From positions 10,526 to 74,525 of the forward strand of contig JAFZAP010000023.1 of assembly GCA_017557185.1 (NCBI GenBank): DNA of 64,000 nt, read 5' to 3'. The translations under genes and the position numbers were made by a program. Below are positions 39,314 to 49,799 of the stretch, piece after piece. Source of the stretch: Prevotella sp. (GTDB taxonomy: Bacteria > Bacteroidota > Bacteroidia > Bacteroidales > Bacteroidaceae). The notes beneath the pieces were generated by a model. It did no database searches and was not told where the DNA came from. It saw only the letters and a list, made by a program, of their open reading frames with translations. Within the stretch, counting starts at the first letter, position 1. The number at the start of each line of letters is the position of its first letter.

Positions 39314-42300
39314 ATGAAACGAACAAAAATGCTTAGCCTGGTTGCTGTGTTCTTGGCAACCGCAATGAATGTCCAAGCTGCGGAATGGGAAAAACCTGTT
39401 GTCCCAGACTGTACACCCGCCAGCGGACAGAGTTACTACCTATTCAACCCCTATGCAGAGAAATTCGCCAACTCCGCCAATGTGGTCACGACGCTTGAGG
39501 AAGACGGCTCGCCGTTGACCTTCACAAAGCAGGGTGATGATTGGCTGATGGAAGGCCCGAAAGGCTATCTCTATGCCTCCATCGACTTTGTGGGAGGCAC
39601 TGGCGAGGCTGACTTCCTGAACACCCTATGGTACATGGAGCGTCAGGCTGCTGGTGGCTATCACATCAGACCTTCGAAAACGGAAGCCGACTTCAGTTGG
39701 GATGAGTATCCCGACATGTGGTTGGGTCTCTCGTTCAAGACCTGGTCGCTGTTGCCCGTCGTGAAGGCCGATGAAGGCGCCATCGACTGGAACATTATTG
39801 CTGCTGCCGACTATGGTGCTTTCCACAGCAAGTGGAAACTGTACCACGCAATGAAAGAGATGCAGGACGCCGGCTATGATATCAGTGCCCTTCTGGCGGT
39901 GTACAACGATCCCTCGGCAGGACAGGCCGAATACGAAGCTGCCCTTGCCAGCGTGGAGGATGTGCTCTTTGAAATCCGCTTGAAGAACGCAACGGAAGAT
40001 AATCCCGTCGACGTCACCTGGAAATACATGCGCAATCCCGACCTCACCGAGAACTGGGTGAACGACGGACATGATGTTCCTGGCTGGACGATGGTTCCCG
40101 CCAACTTCTGCGGTATGGGCGAGGCGGACGGACAGGGCTTCTATGAGGATAATAAAGTGCTCGGCTCGTGGGCCGGCGGCGCCTTTGGTGACAACAAGGT
40201 CTATCAACAGTTGTCGAAGCTGCCAGTTGGAAAGTATAAGTTCAGCAACTACGGTATCTGGATTCGTCATACTGGCGAGGACGGCGACCCCATCAAGGGC
40301 GCTTACATCTATGCCAAAGTGGGCGACAAGCTCTTCCGTGAACCGCTCCCTGACACCGGCTGGTGGCGTGGTTTGTCAGAAGTGAAATTCGAGACCCGTA
40401 GCGGTGATGCCGAAGTGGGAATCATGTTTGAGGGTACGAATGTGGGACAATGTGTCATCTTCGACTTCAAGCTTGAGTATCTCGGCGACAAGTCTGTGGA
40501 TGAGCGCCTAACTGAACTCGTTGCCAATTCCCAGACGCTGATAGCAGAAGAGAGCGTTTATGCACCCTATCTTGAGAAGCTGCAGGCCGACATCACCCAG
40601 ACCAACGCATTGCTGGCCGACGGCGATGAGGAAGCCAAGGAGGCATTCTTCACAACTTTCCTCGCCGATTATGAGACGGCAGTTAAGAACAAGGAGTACT
40701 ACGAGGAACTCGCTGACCTGCTTGAGGCCTGTATGAATACGCTGAACCTTGGCGTTTCCGACTACATCATCGAACTGGAAGAATACATCATTCAAAATGA
40801 CATTGAATTAAAAGCCGAGGAGTACGCCTACGACAATGATCAGTTAGAGGAGGTCATTGCCAAACTGACGGAGCTAAACGAGAAAGCCAAGAATAGTGTT
40901 ATCGCCGATGGCGAGGAAGTGACCGATCTTCTGGTGAACGGACACTTCGACACCACGGGAGGCTGGAAGGCCACACTCAACGACTTCAGCATCGACACCG
41001 ATAAGAAAATCCTCGAACGCTGGTGGTGCGACTGGAAGGCCGAGCAGGTGGTGGAGAACGTGCCTAATGGCACCTATCGCCTCGAGGTGCAAGGTTTCCA
41101 GTGGTGCTCGTGGGACTGGGGACAGTCGCGCGACGACTGGTTTAACGGTGACGGCACTCCTACCTTCAAGGTCACTTCAAAGATTCGGCTAAACGAGGCC
41201 GAGACCCTCATCTATAATGTCTTCGCCTGCGGAAAGACCGATATCAAGGAAGGCTATCAGGCTGGCGATTTCTATGTTCCCGACAATGCTGGTGTGGCCG
41301 TGAAATTCTTCGACCTCGGATTGTACAAGAATGTGGTAGAAGCTACGGTTACCGACCACACGCTGAAAGTGGAGTTCGACTGCTCGTCGAATGGTTTCTG
41401 GAACTGCTTCCGCAACCTCCACCTCTACTTTATAGGTGCAGATATGGACGAGGCCCTTACCAACCTGCAGAACGCAATGACGCAGGCTTCCGACCTGCTG
41501 AAGCAGAAGATGGAAGGCAGCATCCGCAAGGCTCTCGAGGAGGCTAAAGCAATAGGCGATGCCCTCTTAGCTGACGACAAGGCCAAATTCGACGATGTCA
41601 ACGATGCCACTACCTCGCTGCAGGCACTCATCGAGCAGGCTCTCGTGAGCATCAAGGAATATGCTCGCCTTGCCGACGCCCTTGCACGAGCAGAGGAGAC
41701 TCTCGCCGACCCGCAGGCTGCTGCCACTGAAGCCGGACAGCAACTGAAGACGCTCTACGACAAGACGTTGGCCGACTACCAGTCGGACTATCCAACCCTC
41801 GAGACAGTTGCCGTAGCCTCTGTCATCGAACAGCTGGAGGCATTGATGGTCGAAGCAAAGATAGGCAGCGGCATCAAGGCCGGTGACGACATCACCAATT
41901 TGCTCACCAACCCGAGCTTTGAGAACACCTATGGCAACGATGAGTCGGTAGGAAATGCAGCACACACCGTTCCTTACGGATGGAGTATGCGCGTAGAGGG
42001 CAAGGAGTGCCATAGCGCTCAGGAGCTGACCGATGCCGGCATTAACAGCTGGACGGCCATCGAGGACAATGCCTACACAACTGATGGTGCCCATTCCTAC
42101 TGTCTGCTCTCAGCACCCGTTCCCGATGCCTATCTCTATCAGCGCGTAAGTGGACTGCCCGCAGGAACGTATAAGGTGACCGTCGACATGAACGTGACCT
42201 ACGACGGCGGATGCTCTCGCCTGACTGGACAGCGCCTGCTGGCTAACGACAACGCTCAATACTACGGCAAGGAAGAGTTCTACATCGCTTCCGAGCTCGA

Positions 42301-42694
42301 CCGCCTGCATCCTGAAGAGAAGTCGCGTACCTTCGCCGGCTATGACGAGGTGAACACCAATGAGACGGGAGTCTCAGGCGATATGGGTAATATGTCGACG
42401 CTGACCGTTGAGGTAACCATCGCCAAGGACGAAGTGCTGGAACTGGGCGTGCGCACCGACAACAACAAGATTGCCATGAACCGCAACTACGAGGACAACT
42501 GGTGGGACTGCACGGGACGCTACAAGATTGACAATTTCCGCCTCTACTGCGTCAGCCTCGATGCTACGGGAATCAGATCAATTGATAATGGGAAACGGAT
42601 AATGGATGATGCTATATATGACCTGCAGGGCCGTAAATTATCAATTCCCACCAAGGGCGTATATATCAGAAATGGTAAAAAGTATGTAAAATAA
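39314..42694 (+). CDS. Large secreted multidomain protein of unknown function
   Basis: Signal peptide; three (D/E)(V/I)TxxxxN-initiated beta domains separated by helical linkers; AIYDLQGRK...KGVYIRNGKK tail. Confidence 0.8.
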   Translation: MKRTKMLSLVAVFLATAMNVQAAEWEKPVVPDCTPASGQSYYLFNPYAEKFANSANVVTTLEEDGSPLTFTKQGDDWLMEGPKGYLYASIDFVGGTGEADFLNTLWYMERQAAGGYHIRPSKTEADFSWDEYPDMWLGLSFKTWSLLPVVKADEGAIDWNIIAAADYGAFHSKWKLYHAMKEMQDAGYDISALLAVYNDPSAGQAEYEAALASVEDVLFEIRLKNATEDNPVDVTWKYMRNPDLTENWVNDGHDVPGWTMVPANFCGMGEADGQGFYEDNKVLGSWAGGAFGDNKVYQQLSKLPVGKYKFSNYGIWIRHTGEDGDPIKGAYIYAKVGDKLFREPLPDTGWWRGLSEVKFETRSGDAEVGIMFEGTNVGQCVIFDFKLEYLGDKSVDERLTELVANSQTLIAEESVYAPYLEKLQADITQTNALLADGDEEAKEAFFTTFLADYETAVKNKEYYEELADLLEACMNTLNLGVSDYIIELEEYIIQNDIELKAEEYAYDNDQLEEVIAKLTELNEKAKNSVIADGEEVTDLLVNGHFDTTGGWKATLNDFSIDTDKKILERWWCDWKAEQVVENVPNGTYRLEVQGFQWCSWDWGQSRDDWFNGDGTPTFKVTSKIRLNEAETLIYNVFACGKTDIKEGYQAGDFYVPDNAGVAVKFFDLGLYKNVVEATVTDHTLKVEFDCSSNGFWNCFRNLHLYFIGADMDEALTNLQNAMTQASDLLKQKMEGSIRKALEEAKAIGDALLADDKAKFDDVNDATTSLQALIEQALVSIKEYARLADALARAEETLADPQAAATEAGQQLKTLYDKTLADYQSDYPTLETVAVASVIEQLEALMVEAKIGSGIKAGDDITNLLTNPSFENTYGNDESVGNAAHTVPYGWSMRVEGKECHSAQELTDAGINSWTAIEDNAYTTDGAHSYCLLSAPVPDAYLYQRVSGLPAGTYKVTVDMNVTYDGGCSRLTGQRLLANDNAQYYGKEEFYIASELDRLHPEEKSRTFAGYDEVNTNETGVSGDMGNMSTLTVEVTIAKDEVLELGVRTDNNKIAMNRNYEDNWWDCTGRYKIDNFRLYCVSLDATGIRSIDNGKRIMDDAIYDLQGRKLSIPTKGVYIRNGKKYVK

Positions 42695-42790
42695 GCTGCT
42701 CTTTTCAGAAAAAGTTAGTATATTTGCAGCGCCAAGACATGGGGATTCCAGCCTGGCTGGACCTCATGTCTTTCTTTAAAGTAAAGTCGA

Positions 42791-45700
42791 GTGAGAAAGT
42801 TACTCATCCTGCTAATGCTCTGTATCGCCCAGATAGCAGTAGCACAGTTTACCGGAAAGACGGCATTCCAGACACTGGGCATACGCGATGGACTGCGCAG
42901 CAACTCGGTGACGAGTCTGCTGGCCGACAGTCGTGGCTATCTGTGGATTGGCACCACTCAGGGTTTGAACCGCTACGACGGTCACGAGGTAAAGACAAGG
43001 TTCCCGGAAAGTGGCGACCAGCAGTTGCATGAGGTTTTCAACAACTCGGTAACGTCAATCGAGGAAGATGCCGAGGGACGGATATGGATTGAATGTGAGA
43101 GCGGTGCCTACTACCTCTACAACACCCGCACATCACGGTTTAGCGCCTCAGCAGGAGAAGTACTACGCGGTATCGGCATACGATGCGACGGCCGTTACAA
43201 AGTGAAGGTGGGCGATAAGGGCGCCTTGTGGGTGCTCACCGAGGACGGCTTCTACCGCCACAACTGCCACACCAAGGAACTGAAGACTTGGAAAACACAC
43301 TTACCCAGTGCGACAGTGAATGTCGTGGTCGAAATGTCCGACGGCTTGTATATCAGTGCTGGGCATGCCTTATGGCACTTCGTTAGCAGCACAGGCGAGC
43401 TGCTACGCGAAACGCTGCCCGAGGTCATGCAGCAGCCTGTGGGAGAGCACGGCCTGCTAGCCGATGCCGATGGTACATTGTGGATATTTAGCACGCGCGA
43501 GGAGTACATCTGCCGATACATCGTAGGCGGGAGATATGTAAGGGAAATGGTGAGTTTGCCACAGACAAGGGGAGCATCGCAGAACAACGCCATCCGCGAC
43601 ATGATAGACGACGGGCGGGGCAATATCTGGATAGCCACCGACCACAAGGGCGTGTTCACCTACAACAAGAGGACTGGCAATATCACAGCCATGCAGCATC
43701 AGCGCGACAGACTGCTGTCACTGGCGTCGGATAACGCCACTTGCTTGACTGCCGACCGTGACGGAATCATCTGGGTGGGGCACCTGAAAACGGGACTCTC
43801 CTATACCAGCGATGCCAACAACATCATGCAGGCGCATGCTCTTCAGTGTGGCGACATTCTCGCTATGGCCTATGACACGCAGGGGCGTCTGTGGATGGGT
43901 ACCGACGGCGATGGCATCTACATCACTCAAACCAACGGAAGCATCGTTAAGACAGCACTACCCAACATCACGGTGATGGCACTGCTCAGCGACGGCCAGG
44001 GCGGCATGTGGGCAGGTACCTACAATCAGGGACTTTACCATCTGTCCGATGCCAATAGATGGGAGAAAATAGCAGCCCCCTCTTCAGCTGGAGAGAGCGG
44101 GGAGAGAGGCTCCCCCTGTGCTGAGGTGTGGACGCTGGCCCGCGATGATAAGGGAAACATCTGGACATCATCGCCCATCGGAAAGACCGTCATCTTCAAC
44201 ATTAAGGACAAAAGCACCAGCGTTGTCACCACTACCGACGGGGGCGACATTCATGGCAACAGCCTTCGCTATGATGGTGCAAACACGATGTATGTGGCCT
44301 CAGTCTATGGCCTGTGGATTTACGACCTAATGAGCGGTAAGTGTAGTGTGACCTTTGGAAACAAGAAGGGAACACAGCAGTGGATGAGCCAGATGATTAC
44401 CGATGTGATGATCGACAAGCAGCGGGAACTGATGATGCTCGTTCACCATGAGGGTGTCACCGTCTTCGATATGAAGCAGGACACGCTCTACTACATCCGA
44501 CGTAGTGGTGACATCGTCAAGGGAATAGCTCGTGACCACGATGGCACCTACTGGCTTTGTACCAATAGGGGTAGCGTGGTAGGCATTACCCCCCAACGTG
44601 ATACCAAAGGGACCCTCACTCTTCACTCTTCGTTCTTCACTCCCGGCGTAGACATGCCGCAGTTCTATTTTAACGGCGACGCCATGACCTGTTCGTCCCA
44701 AGGCGAGATACTCATGGGCGGTACCGAGGGATATATGAGCATCAACCCTCGCCAGCTGATGTCTGTAAAGCGTGAAGACCGTGATCTCACCATCTGCGAA
44801 ATTGCCGTGGGCGACAGCCTGCTTAACGAACAGACAAGCATCGTTAGCCTCAAACACGATGCTGCCTACCTTACCGTGAAATTCTTCTCAGGGAGCTTGG
44901 AGGGCGTTCAGCGCACTCGCTATGCCTATCGCCTGATAGGACAGATGAGCGATTGGGTAACCACTGAGCACAATTATGTGTCGTTCCATGCCTTGCAGCC
45001 TGGTGACTACACGCTCCAGTTATGTATATGCCGTGAGGATGGAACCATGAGTACTCCGCGCGAACTCCACATTAGGGTAGCTCCCCCATTCTATCGCACA
45101 CTCCCGATGTACATCGTCTATGCACTCGCCCTCATCTCTGCCAGCTTCCTGCTCTGGCGCAGGATTCGTAAACGGCAGCAGGAACGCACGGAACGCCAGA
45201 GACAGCTAATGGAGCGGAAGAAGATGGAACAGATTACCGAGATGAAACTGCAGTTCTTCACCAACATCAGCCATGACCTGCGCACACCGCTGACGCTCAT
45301 CATCTCGCCCCTAGAACAGATCATCAAGAAGATGGAGAAGGGGAAGGCCGTCGATAATCTTCTCACACAACTCACGAACATCCATAAGAACGCAAAGTTA
45401 CTGCTGGGGGAGGTGAGCGCTCTGCTCGACTTCAGACGCCTCGATGCCGGTGGTGAGACGCTGAACCTGCAACGCAGCGATATCGTTGATCATCTGAACA
45501 GCATTCTCATCACTTTCGGCGACTATGCAGAGGAGCGTGGCATACGCCTCAGCTTCGAGCATGAATTCGATAGTTTCATTATGAACTACGATCGCGAGAA
45601 GATGAACAAGGTAATCTACAACCTCTTCTCGAACGCATTGAAGTTCACACCTGCTGGCGGCAGCGTCACCCTTACGTTTGCACAGCAGCAGGATCATGTA

Positions 45701-46783
45701 ATCATCTCCGTCGCTGATACCGGCAAGGGCATCCCAGACAGCGAAAAGCCCAACATCTTCAAGCGCTTCTACCAGTCGGCCACCAACGATAGCTCACTCA
45801 CTGGTAGCGGCATCGGACTCCATATCGCCAGCGACTACGTCCGCATGCATCATGGAACCATTAGCGTCAGCGATAACTATCCCGTTGGAACCATCTTCAC
45901 CATTAAGCTGAAGACACCTGTAGGAAAGGGAAAAGACGTTTCGAATGCTGACAGCACGGACTTGCAAGGAAATGACATCCCTTCCTCGCAAGGAGAGGCT
46001 GTAGGCGGGTCTCCTACACTCCTCGTTGTCGATGATAATCAGGACATGCTCTCCTTTGTCAGTTCCTGCATGAAGGAAGAGTACCAAGTGCATACTGCCA
46101 CCGACGGAGCTACTGCGCTCGACATTTTGCAGCATGAACAGATCGACCTCATCATAAGCGATGTAATGATGCCTGGTATCGATGGTTTTGAACTCTGCCG
46201 AAGGGTGAAGAACGACATCAGCCTTTCACACATCCCTGTTATCCTGCTCACTGCACGTACCACAGACGTCAGCCGTATTGAAGGACTACAACTGGGGGCT
46301 GATGACTATCTCACTAAGCCGTTTAATATTGAAGTGCTACGCCTCCGCGTGAAGAAATTCATAGATTGGGAGCAGAACAATCACCGGCAGTTCCGTCAGA
46401 AAATGAATATCGAGCCCAGTGAAATCACAATCACTCCCCTCGACGAGCAGTTTATCAAGAAAGCCATCGCCTTGGTCGAAAAGAACATCAGCGACTCTGA
46501 CTTCTCTGTGGAGACGCTTGCATCTGAGGTCGCTATGTCACGCTCTACGCTCTATAAGAAACTTATGGCTATCACTGGCCAGGGACCTGCTGAGTTCATT
46601 CGCACCATCCGCATCAAGCGCGGCAAGGCATTGTTAGAGAACTCACAGATGCAGATTACGGAAATCGCCTATGCCGTTGGTTTCACCACCGTCAAGAGTT
46701 TCACAATGAACTTCAAGGCTGAGTATGGAATGACACCTTCCGAATTCTTGCGTTCCTTCGGTAGCAAACGACCAGAGCAGTGA
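42791..46783 (+). CDS. Hybrid two-component system sensor/regulator (HTCS)
   Basis: Beta-propeller repeats, Y_Y_Y domain, FFTNISHDLRTPL, HATPase G-boxes, receiver DVMMP and AraC HTH. Confidence 0.96.
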   Translation: MRKLLILLMLCIAQIAVAQFTGKTAFQTLGIRDGLRSNSVTSLLADSRGYLWIGTTQGLNRYDGHEVKTRFPESGDQQLHEVFNNSVTSIEEDAEGRIWIECESGAYYLYNTRTSRFSASAGEVLRGIGIRCDGRYKVKVGDKGALWVLTEDGFYRHNCHTKELKTWKTHLPSATVNVVVEMSDGLYISAGHALWHFVSSTGELLRETLPEVMQQPVGEHGLLADADGTLWIFSTREEYICRYIVGGRYVREMVSLPQTRGASQNNAIRDMIDDGRGNIWIATDHKGVFTYNKRTGNITAMQHQRDRLLSLASDNATCLTADRDGIIWVGHLKTGLSYTSDANNIMQAHALQCGDILAMAYDTQGRLWMGTDGDGIYITQTNGSIVKTALPNITVMALLSDGQGGMWAGTYNQGLYHLSDANRWEKIAAPSSAGESGERGSPCAEVWTLARDDKGNIWTSSPIGKTVIFNIKDKSTSVVTTTDGGDIHGNSLRYDGANTMYVASVYGLWIYDLMSGKCSVTFGNKKGTQQWMSQMITDVMIDKQRELMMLVHHEGVTVFDMKQDTLYYIRRSGDIVKGIARDHDGTYWLCTNRGSVVGITPQRDTKGTLTLHSSFFTPGVDMPQFYFNGDAMTCSSQGEILMGGTEGYMSINPRQLMSVKREDRDLTICEIAVGDSLLNEQTSIVSLKHDAAYLTVKFFSGSLEGVQRTRYAYRLIGQMSDWVTTEHNYVSFHALQPGDYTLQLCICREDGTMSTPRELHIRVAPPFYRTLPMYIVYALALISASFLLWRRIRKRQQERTERQRQLMERKKMEQITEMKLQFFTNISHDLRTPLTLIISPLEQIIKKMEKGKAVDNLLTQLTNIHKNAKLLLGEVSALLDFRRLDAGGETLNLQRSDIVDHLNSILITFGDYAEERGIRLSFEHEFDSFIMNYDREKMNKVIYNLFSNALKFTPAGGSVTLTFAQQQDHVIISVADTGKGIPDSEKPNIFKRFYQSATNDSSLTGSGIGLHIASDYVRMHHGTISVSDNYPVGTIFTIKLKTPVGKGKDVSNADSTDLQGNDIPSSQGEAVGGSPTLLVVDDNQDMLSFVSSCMKEEYQVHTATDGATALDILQHEQIDLIISDVMMPGIDGFELCRRVKNDISLSHIPVILLTARTTDVSRIEGLQLGADDYLTKPFNIEVLRLRVKKFIDWEQNNHRQFRQKMNIEPSEITITPLDEQFIKKAIALVEKNISDSDFSVETLASEVAMSRSTLYKKLMAITGQGPAEFIRTIRIKRGKALLENSQMQITEIAYAVGFTTVKSFTMNFKAEYGMTPSEFLRSFGSKRPEQ

Positions 46784-46858
46784 GAATTATCTTCTCAAGC
46801 GGTAATTAAGGACGAAAAACGTCTCCCAAAACTGCGAATAGTTGGTAAAAATGACAAA

Positions 46859-46893
46859 AACAACCGCTAACTAATTGATAGTCAGCGGTTGTT
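46859..46893. other. Inverted repeat just downstream of tRNA-Ser (terminator or integrative-element end)
   Basis: aacaaccgctaacta-attga-tagtcagcggttgtt. Confidence 0.6.
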
Positions 46894-46917
46894 CTTCAAA
46901 ATTGCGTTCGAAATTTG

Positions 46918-47002
46918 CGGAGAGAGAGGGATTCGAACCCCCGGTACCTCTCGGTACGACGGTTTTCAAGACCGTTGTAATCGACCACTCTACCATCTCT
47001 CC
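46918..47002 (-). tRNA. tRNA-Ser (anticodon UGA)
   Basis: GGAGAGA acceptor stem, ACGGT-CTTGAAA-ACCGT anticodon arm, long variable arm, GGTTCGAATCC; CCA not encoded. Confidence 0.96.
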
Positions 47003-47178
47003 TTATTGGTTGGTTTGGGCTTTTGGCCGAAAAGCGGTTGCAAAGGTACGAATTTTAGTTTATAGTTCGTTGTGAATAGTTCAAAGTTTTCTGGGATTTA
47101 AGCAATTTTAACTGAATATGCAGAAAACTCTCAACTCACTCCTTCTCAACTCTCAATGAAAAGTTGTATCTTTGCACC

Positions 47179-49773
47179 ATGATTTATCCGAAGAATTTCG
47201 AAAACAAGATCGGCTTTACCGAGATTCGCCGCTTGCTTCGAGGGGAATGCTTGTCGACATTGGGCAGCGAACGTGTCGACCAGATTGCTTTCTCCAACGA
47301 TGCCGAAGAGGTGAACGAGTGGCTGACGCAAGTTCGTGAATTCCGGCGTATCCAAGAGGAAGAAGACGATTTCCCGCTGAATTATTTCTTCGACGTGCGA
47401 GCATCTATAGCACGTATTCGCCTGGAAAACACACACCTTGAAGAAAGTGAGCTCTTCGACTTGCGCCGCTCTTTGGAAACCATCTTCGACATTGTGAAAT
47501 TCCTTCGGACAAGAAAAGACCAGCGCGAAGACTGGCAGGAAGCCGACAATCCTTCAAAGCCAACCTACCCTGCCCTTTTCCGCCTGACGGAGGATGTGGT
47601 TACATTTCCCGACCTTATCCGCCGCATCGACCAGTTGCTCGACAAATTCGGCCATCTGCGCGACAATGCCTCGCCCGAGCTACTGCACATCAGACAATCA
47701 TTGGCGCGAACGGAAGGGAGCATCTCACGCACACTCTATGCCATCCTTAAAGCTGCCCAGAGCGAGGGCGTCGTCGAGAAAGACGTGACACCTACCATGC
47801 GAGACGGCCGTCTTGTGATTCCTGTTGCACCAGGCTTGAAACGGAAGATCAAGGGTATCGTGCACGACGAGTCGGCATCGGGACGCACGGTCTTCATCGA
47901 GCCCACAGAGGTGGTGGAGGCCAACAACAAGATTCGCGAACTGGAAGCCGAAGAACGTCGCGAAGTCATCCGCATCCTGACGGAGTTCAGCAAGGAGGTG
48001 CGCCCTCACGTGAGCGACATACTGACATCCTACCAATTCTTGGCTGCTATCGACCTGATACGTGCGAAGGCAGTTCTTGCCCGACAGATGCAGGCCATAG
48101 AGCCTGTTGTGGATAAGGATCCCCATATGGATTGGATTCGTGCCATACACCCCTTGTTGCAGAGCTCTCTGGAGAAACAAGGCAAACAGGTTGTTCCGCT
48201 CGACATCAGACTGCAAGATCCGCCAGACCAGAAAGACAGCAAGACGTTGGGCCGCCTGCTCATCATCTCCGGACCCAATGCAGGCGGTAAGTCGGTGTGT
48301 CTGAAAACGGCAGGATTGTTGCAATATATGGTGCAATGCGGCTTGTCAGTTCCCATGAGCGAACGTTCGCAACTCGGTGTGTTTCAAGACATTATGATTG
48401 ATATAGGCGACGAGCAAAGCATCGAGAATGACCTCTCGACTTACTCCAGCCACCTGCTGAACATGAAGCACATGATGCGACAAGCCAACGAACGCTCGCT
48501 GCTGCTCATCGATGAGTTTGGCGGAGGCACTGAGCCTCAGATTGGCGGCGCCATTGCCGAAGCTGTTCTGAAGCAATTCTGGAAGAAAAAAGCCTTTGCG
48601 ATTATCACCACCCACTACCAGAACTTGAAACATTTTGCTGAAGGTCATCCGGGCGTGGTCAACGGTGCGATGCTCTACGACCGCAATCAGATGCAGGCCC
48701 TTTTCCAGTTGAGTATCGGCCAGCCCGGTTCATCGTTTGCTATTGAGATTGCTCGCAAGACGGGTATTCCTGACGAAGTGATCAGCGATGCCGCAGACAT
48801 TGTGGGCCGTGACTACATACAGAGCGACAAATACCTACAAGACATCGTTCGCGACAAGCGCTATTGGGAGGGAAAGCGCCAGACCATCCATCAGCGCGAG
48901 AAGGACATGGAGCGCACCATAGAACGATATGAGAGTGACCTCACCGATATTGAGAAGAGCCGTAAGGACATCCTACGCCGAGCACAGGAACAAGCTGAGG
49001 AACTTCTGAGCGAGAGCAACAAGCGCATTGAAAATGCCATCCGCGAGATTCGTGAGAGTCAGGCACAGAAAGAGGAGACACGCCGCATCCGCGAGGAACT
49101 GGAGGCGTTCCGTGCCGACATTCAGGACATAGACACACGGGCTGAGGACGAGAAGATTGCCAAGAAGATAGCCCAACTCCAGGCTCGCAAAGAGCGCAAG
49201 GAGAAACGAAAAGCCGAAAAGGCTCAAGCCCAGTCCAACGGGAAGAAAGCAGGCACGCCTCAAGAAACAGAAGTGAAACAAACGCCTGCAGAAGCTGCCC
49301 TCGCTGTAGGAGATACCGTGCGCATCAAAGGCTTACAATCAGTTGGTCATATTGAGAGCATCAATGGCAAAATGGCAACTGTGATTTTCGGCGACATGCG
49401 TACGAAGATGCGACTGGAACGCCTGGAACGCGCCACAGAAACGAAATCGAAAACCGAGGACCGCAAGGAGAGCCTCAACGCCTATAGCATCAGTCGCGAG
49501 ACACGCGAGACCATCGACGCCCACCGCCAGAACTTCCGGCAGGATTTGGACGTACGAGGCATGCGTGGCGACGAGGCCCTGAATGCCGTTACCTACTTCA
49601 TCGACGATGCTATCCTCATGGGCATGAGCCGCGTGCGCATCCTTCACGGAAAGGGCAACGGCATCCTCCGTCAGCTCATCCGCCAGTACCTCGCCACCGT
49701 GCCCAATATCACCCACTATGCCGACGAGCATGTGCAGTTCGGCGGTGCCGGTATCACGGTGGTGGACTTATAA
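47179..49773 (+). CDS. mutS2: MutS2 family protein with C-terminal Smr domain
   Basis: SGPNAGGKS, LSTYSSH, IDEFGGGT, LDVRG and ILHGKGNG motifs. Confidence 0.95.
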   Translation: MIYPKNFENKIGFTEIRRLLRGECLSTLGSERVDQIAFSNDAEEVNEWLTQVREFRRIQEEEDDFPLNYFFDVRASIARIRLENTHLEESELFDLRRSLETIFDIVKFLRTRKDQREDWQEADNPSKPTYPALFRLTEDVVTFPDLIRRIDQLLDKFGHLRDNASPELLHIRQSLARTEGSISRTLYAILKAAQSEGVVEKDVTPTMRDGRLVIPVAPGLKRKIKGIVHDESASGRTVFIEPTEVVEANNKIRELEAEERREVIRILTEFSKEVRPHVSDILTSYQFLAAIDLIRAKAVLARQMQAIEPVVDKDPHMDWIRAIHPLLQSSLEKQGKQVVPLDIRLQDPPDQKDSKTLGRLLIISGPNAGGKSVCLKTAGLLQYMVQCGLSVPMSERSQLGVFQDIMIDIGDEQSIENDLSTYSSHLLNMKHMMRQANERSLLLIDEFGGGTEPQIGGAIAEAVLKQFWKKKAFAIITTHYQNLKHFAEGHPGVVNGAMLYDRNQMQALFQLSIGQPGSSFAIEIARKTGIPDEVISDAADIVGRDYIQSDKYLQDIVRDKRYWEGKRQTIHQREKDMERTIERYESDLTDIEKSRKDILRRAQEQAEELLSESNKRIENAIREIRESQAQKEETRRIREELEAFRADIQDIDTRAEDEKIAKKIAQLQARKERKEKRKAEKAQAQSNGKKAGTPQETEVKQTPAEAALAVGDTVRIKGLQSVGHIESINGKMATVIFGDMRTKMRLERLERATETKSKTEDRKESLNAYSISRETRETIDAHRQNFRQDLDVRGMRGDEALNAVTYFIDDAILMGMSRVRILHGKGNGILRQLIRQYLATVPNITHYADEHVQFGGAGITVVDL

Positions 49774-49799
49774 GAACCAAACCTATAACATATCTCTAT

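Noticed and set aside
46918-47002. tRNA-Sec or opal suppressor
   Set aside because: The anticodon is UGA (reads UCA, Ser); tRNA-Sec would have UCA.
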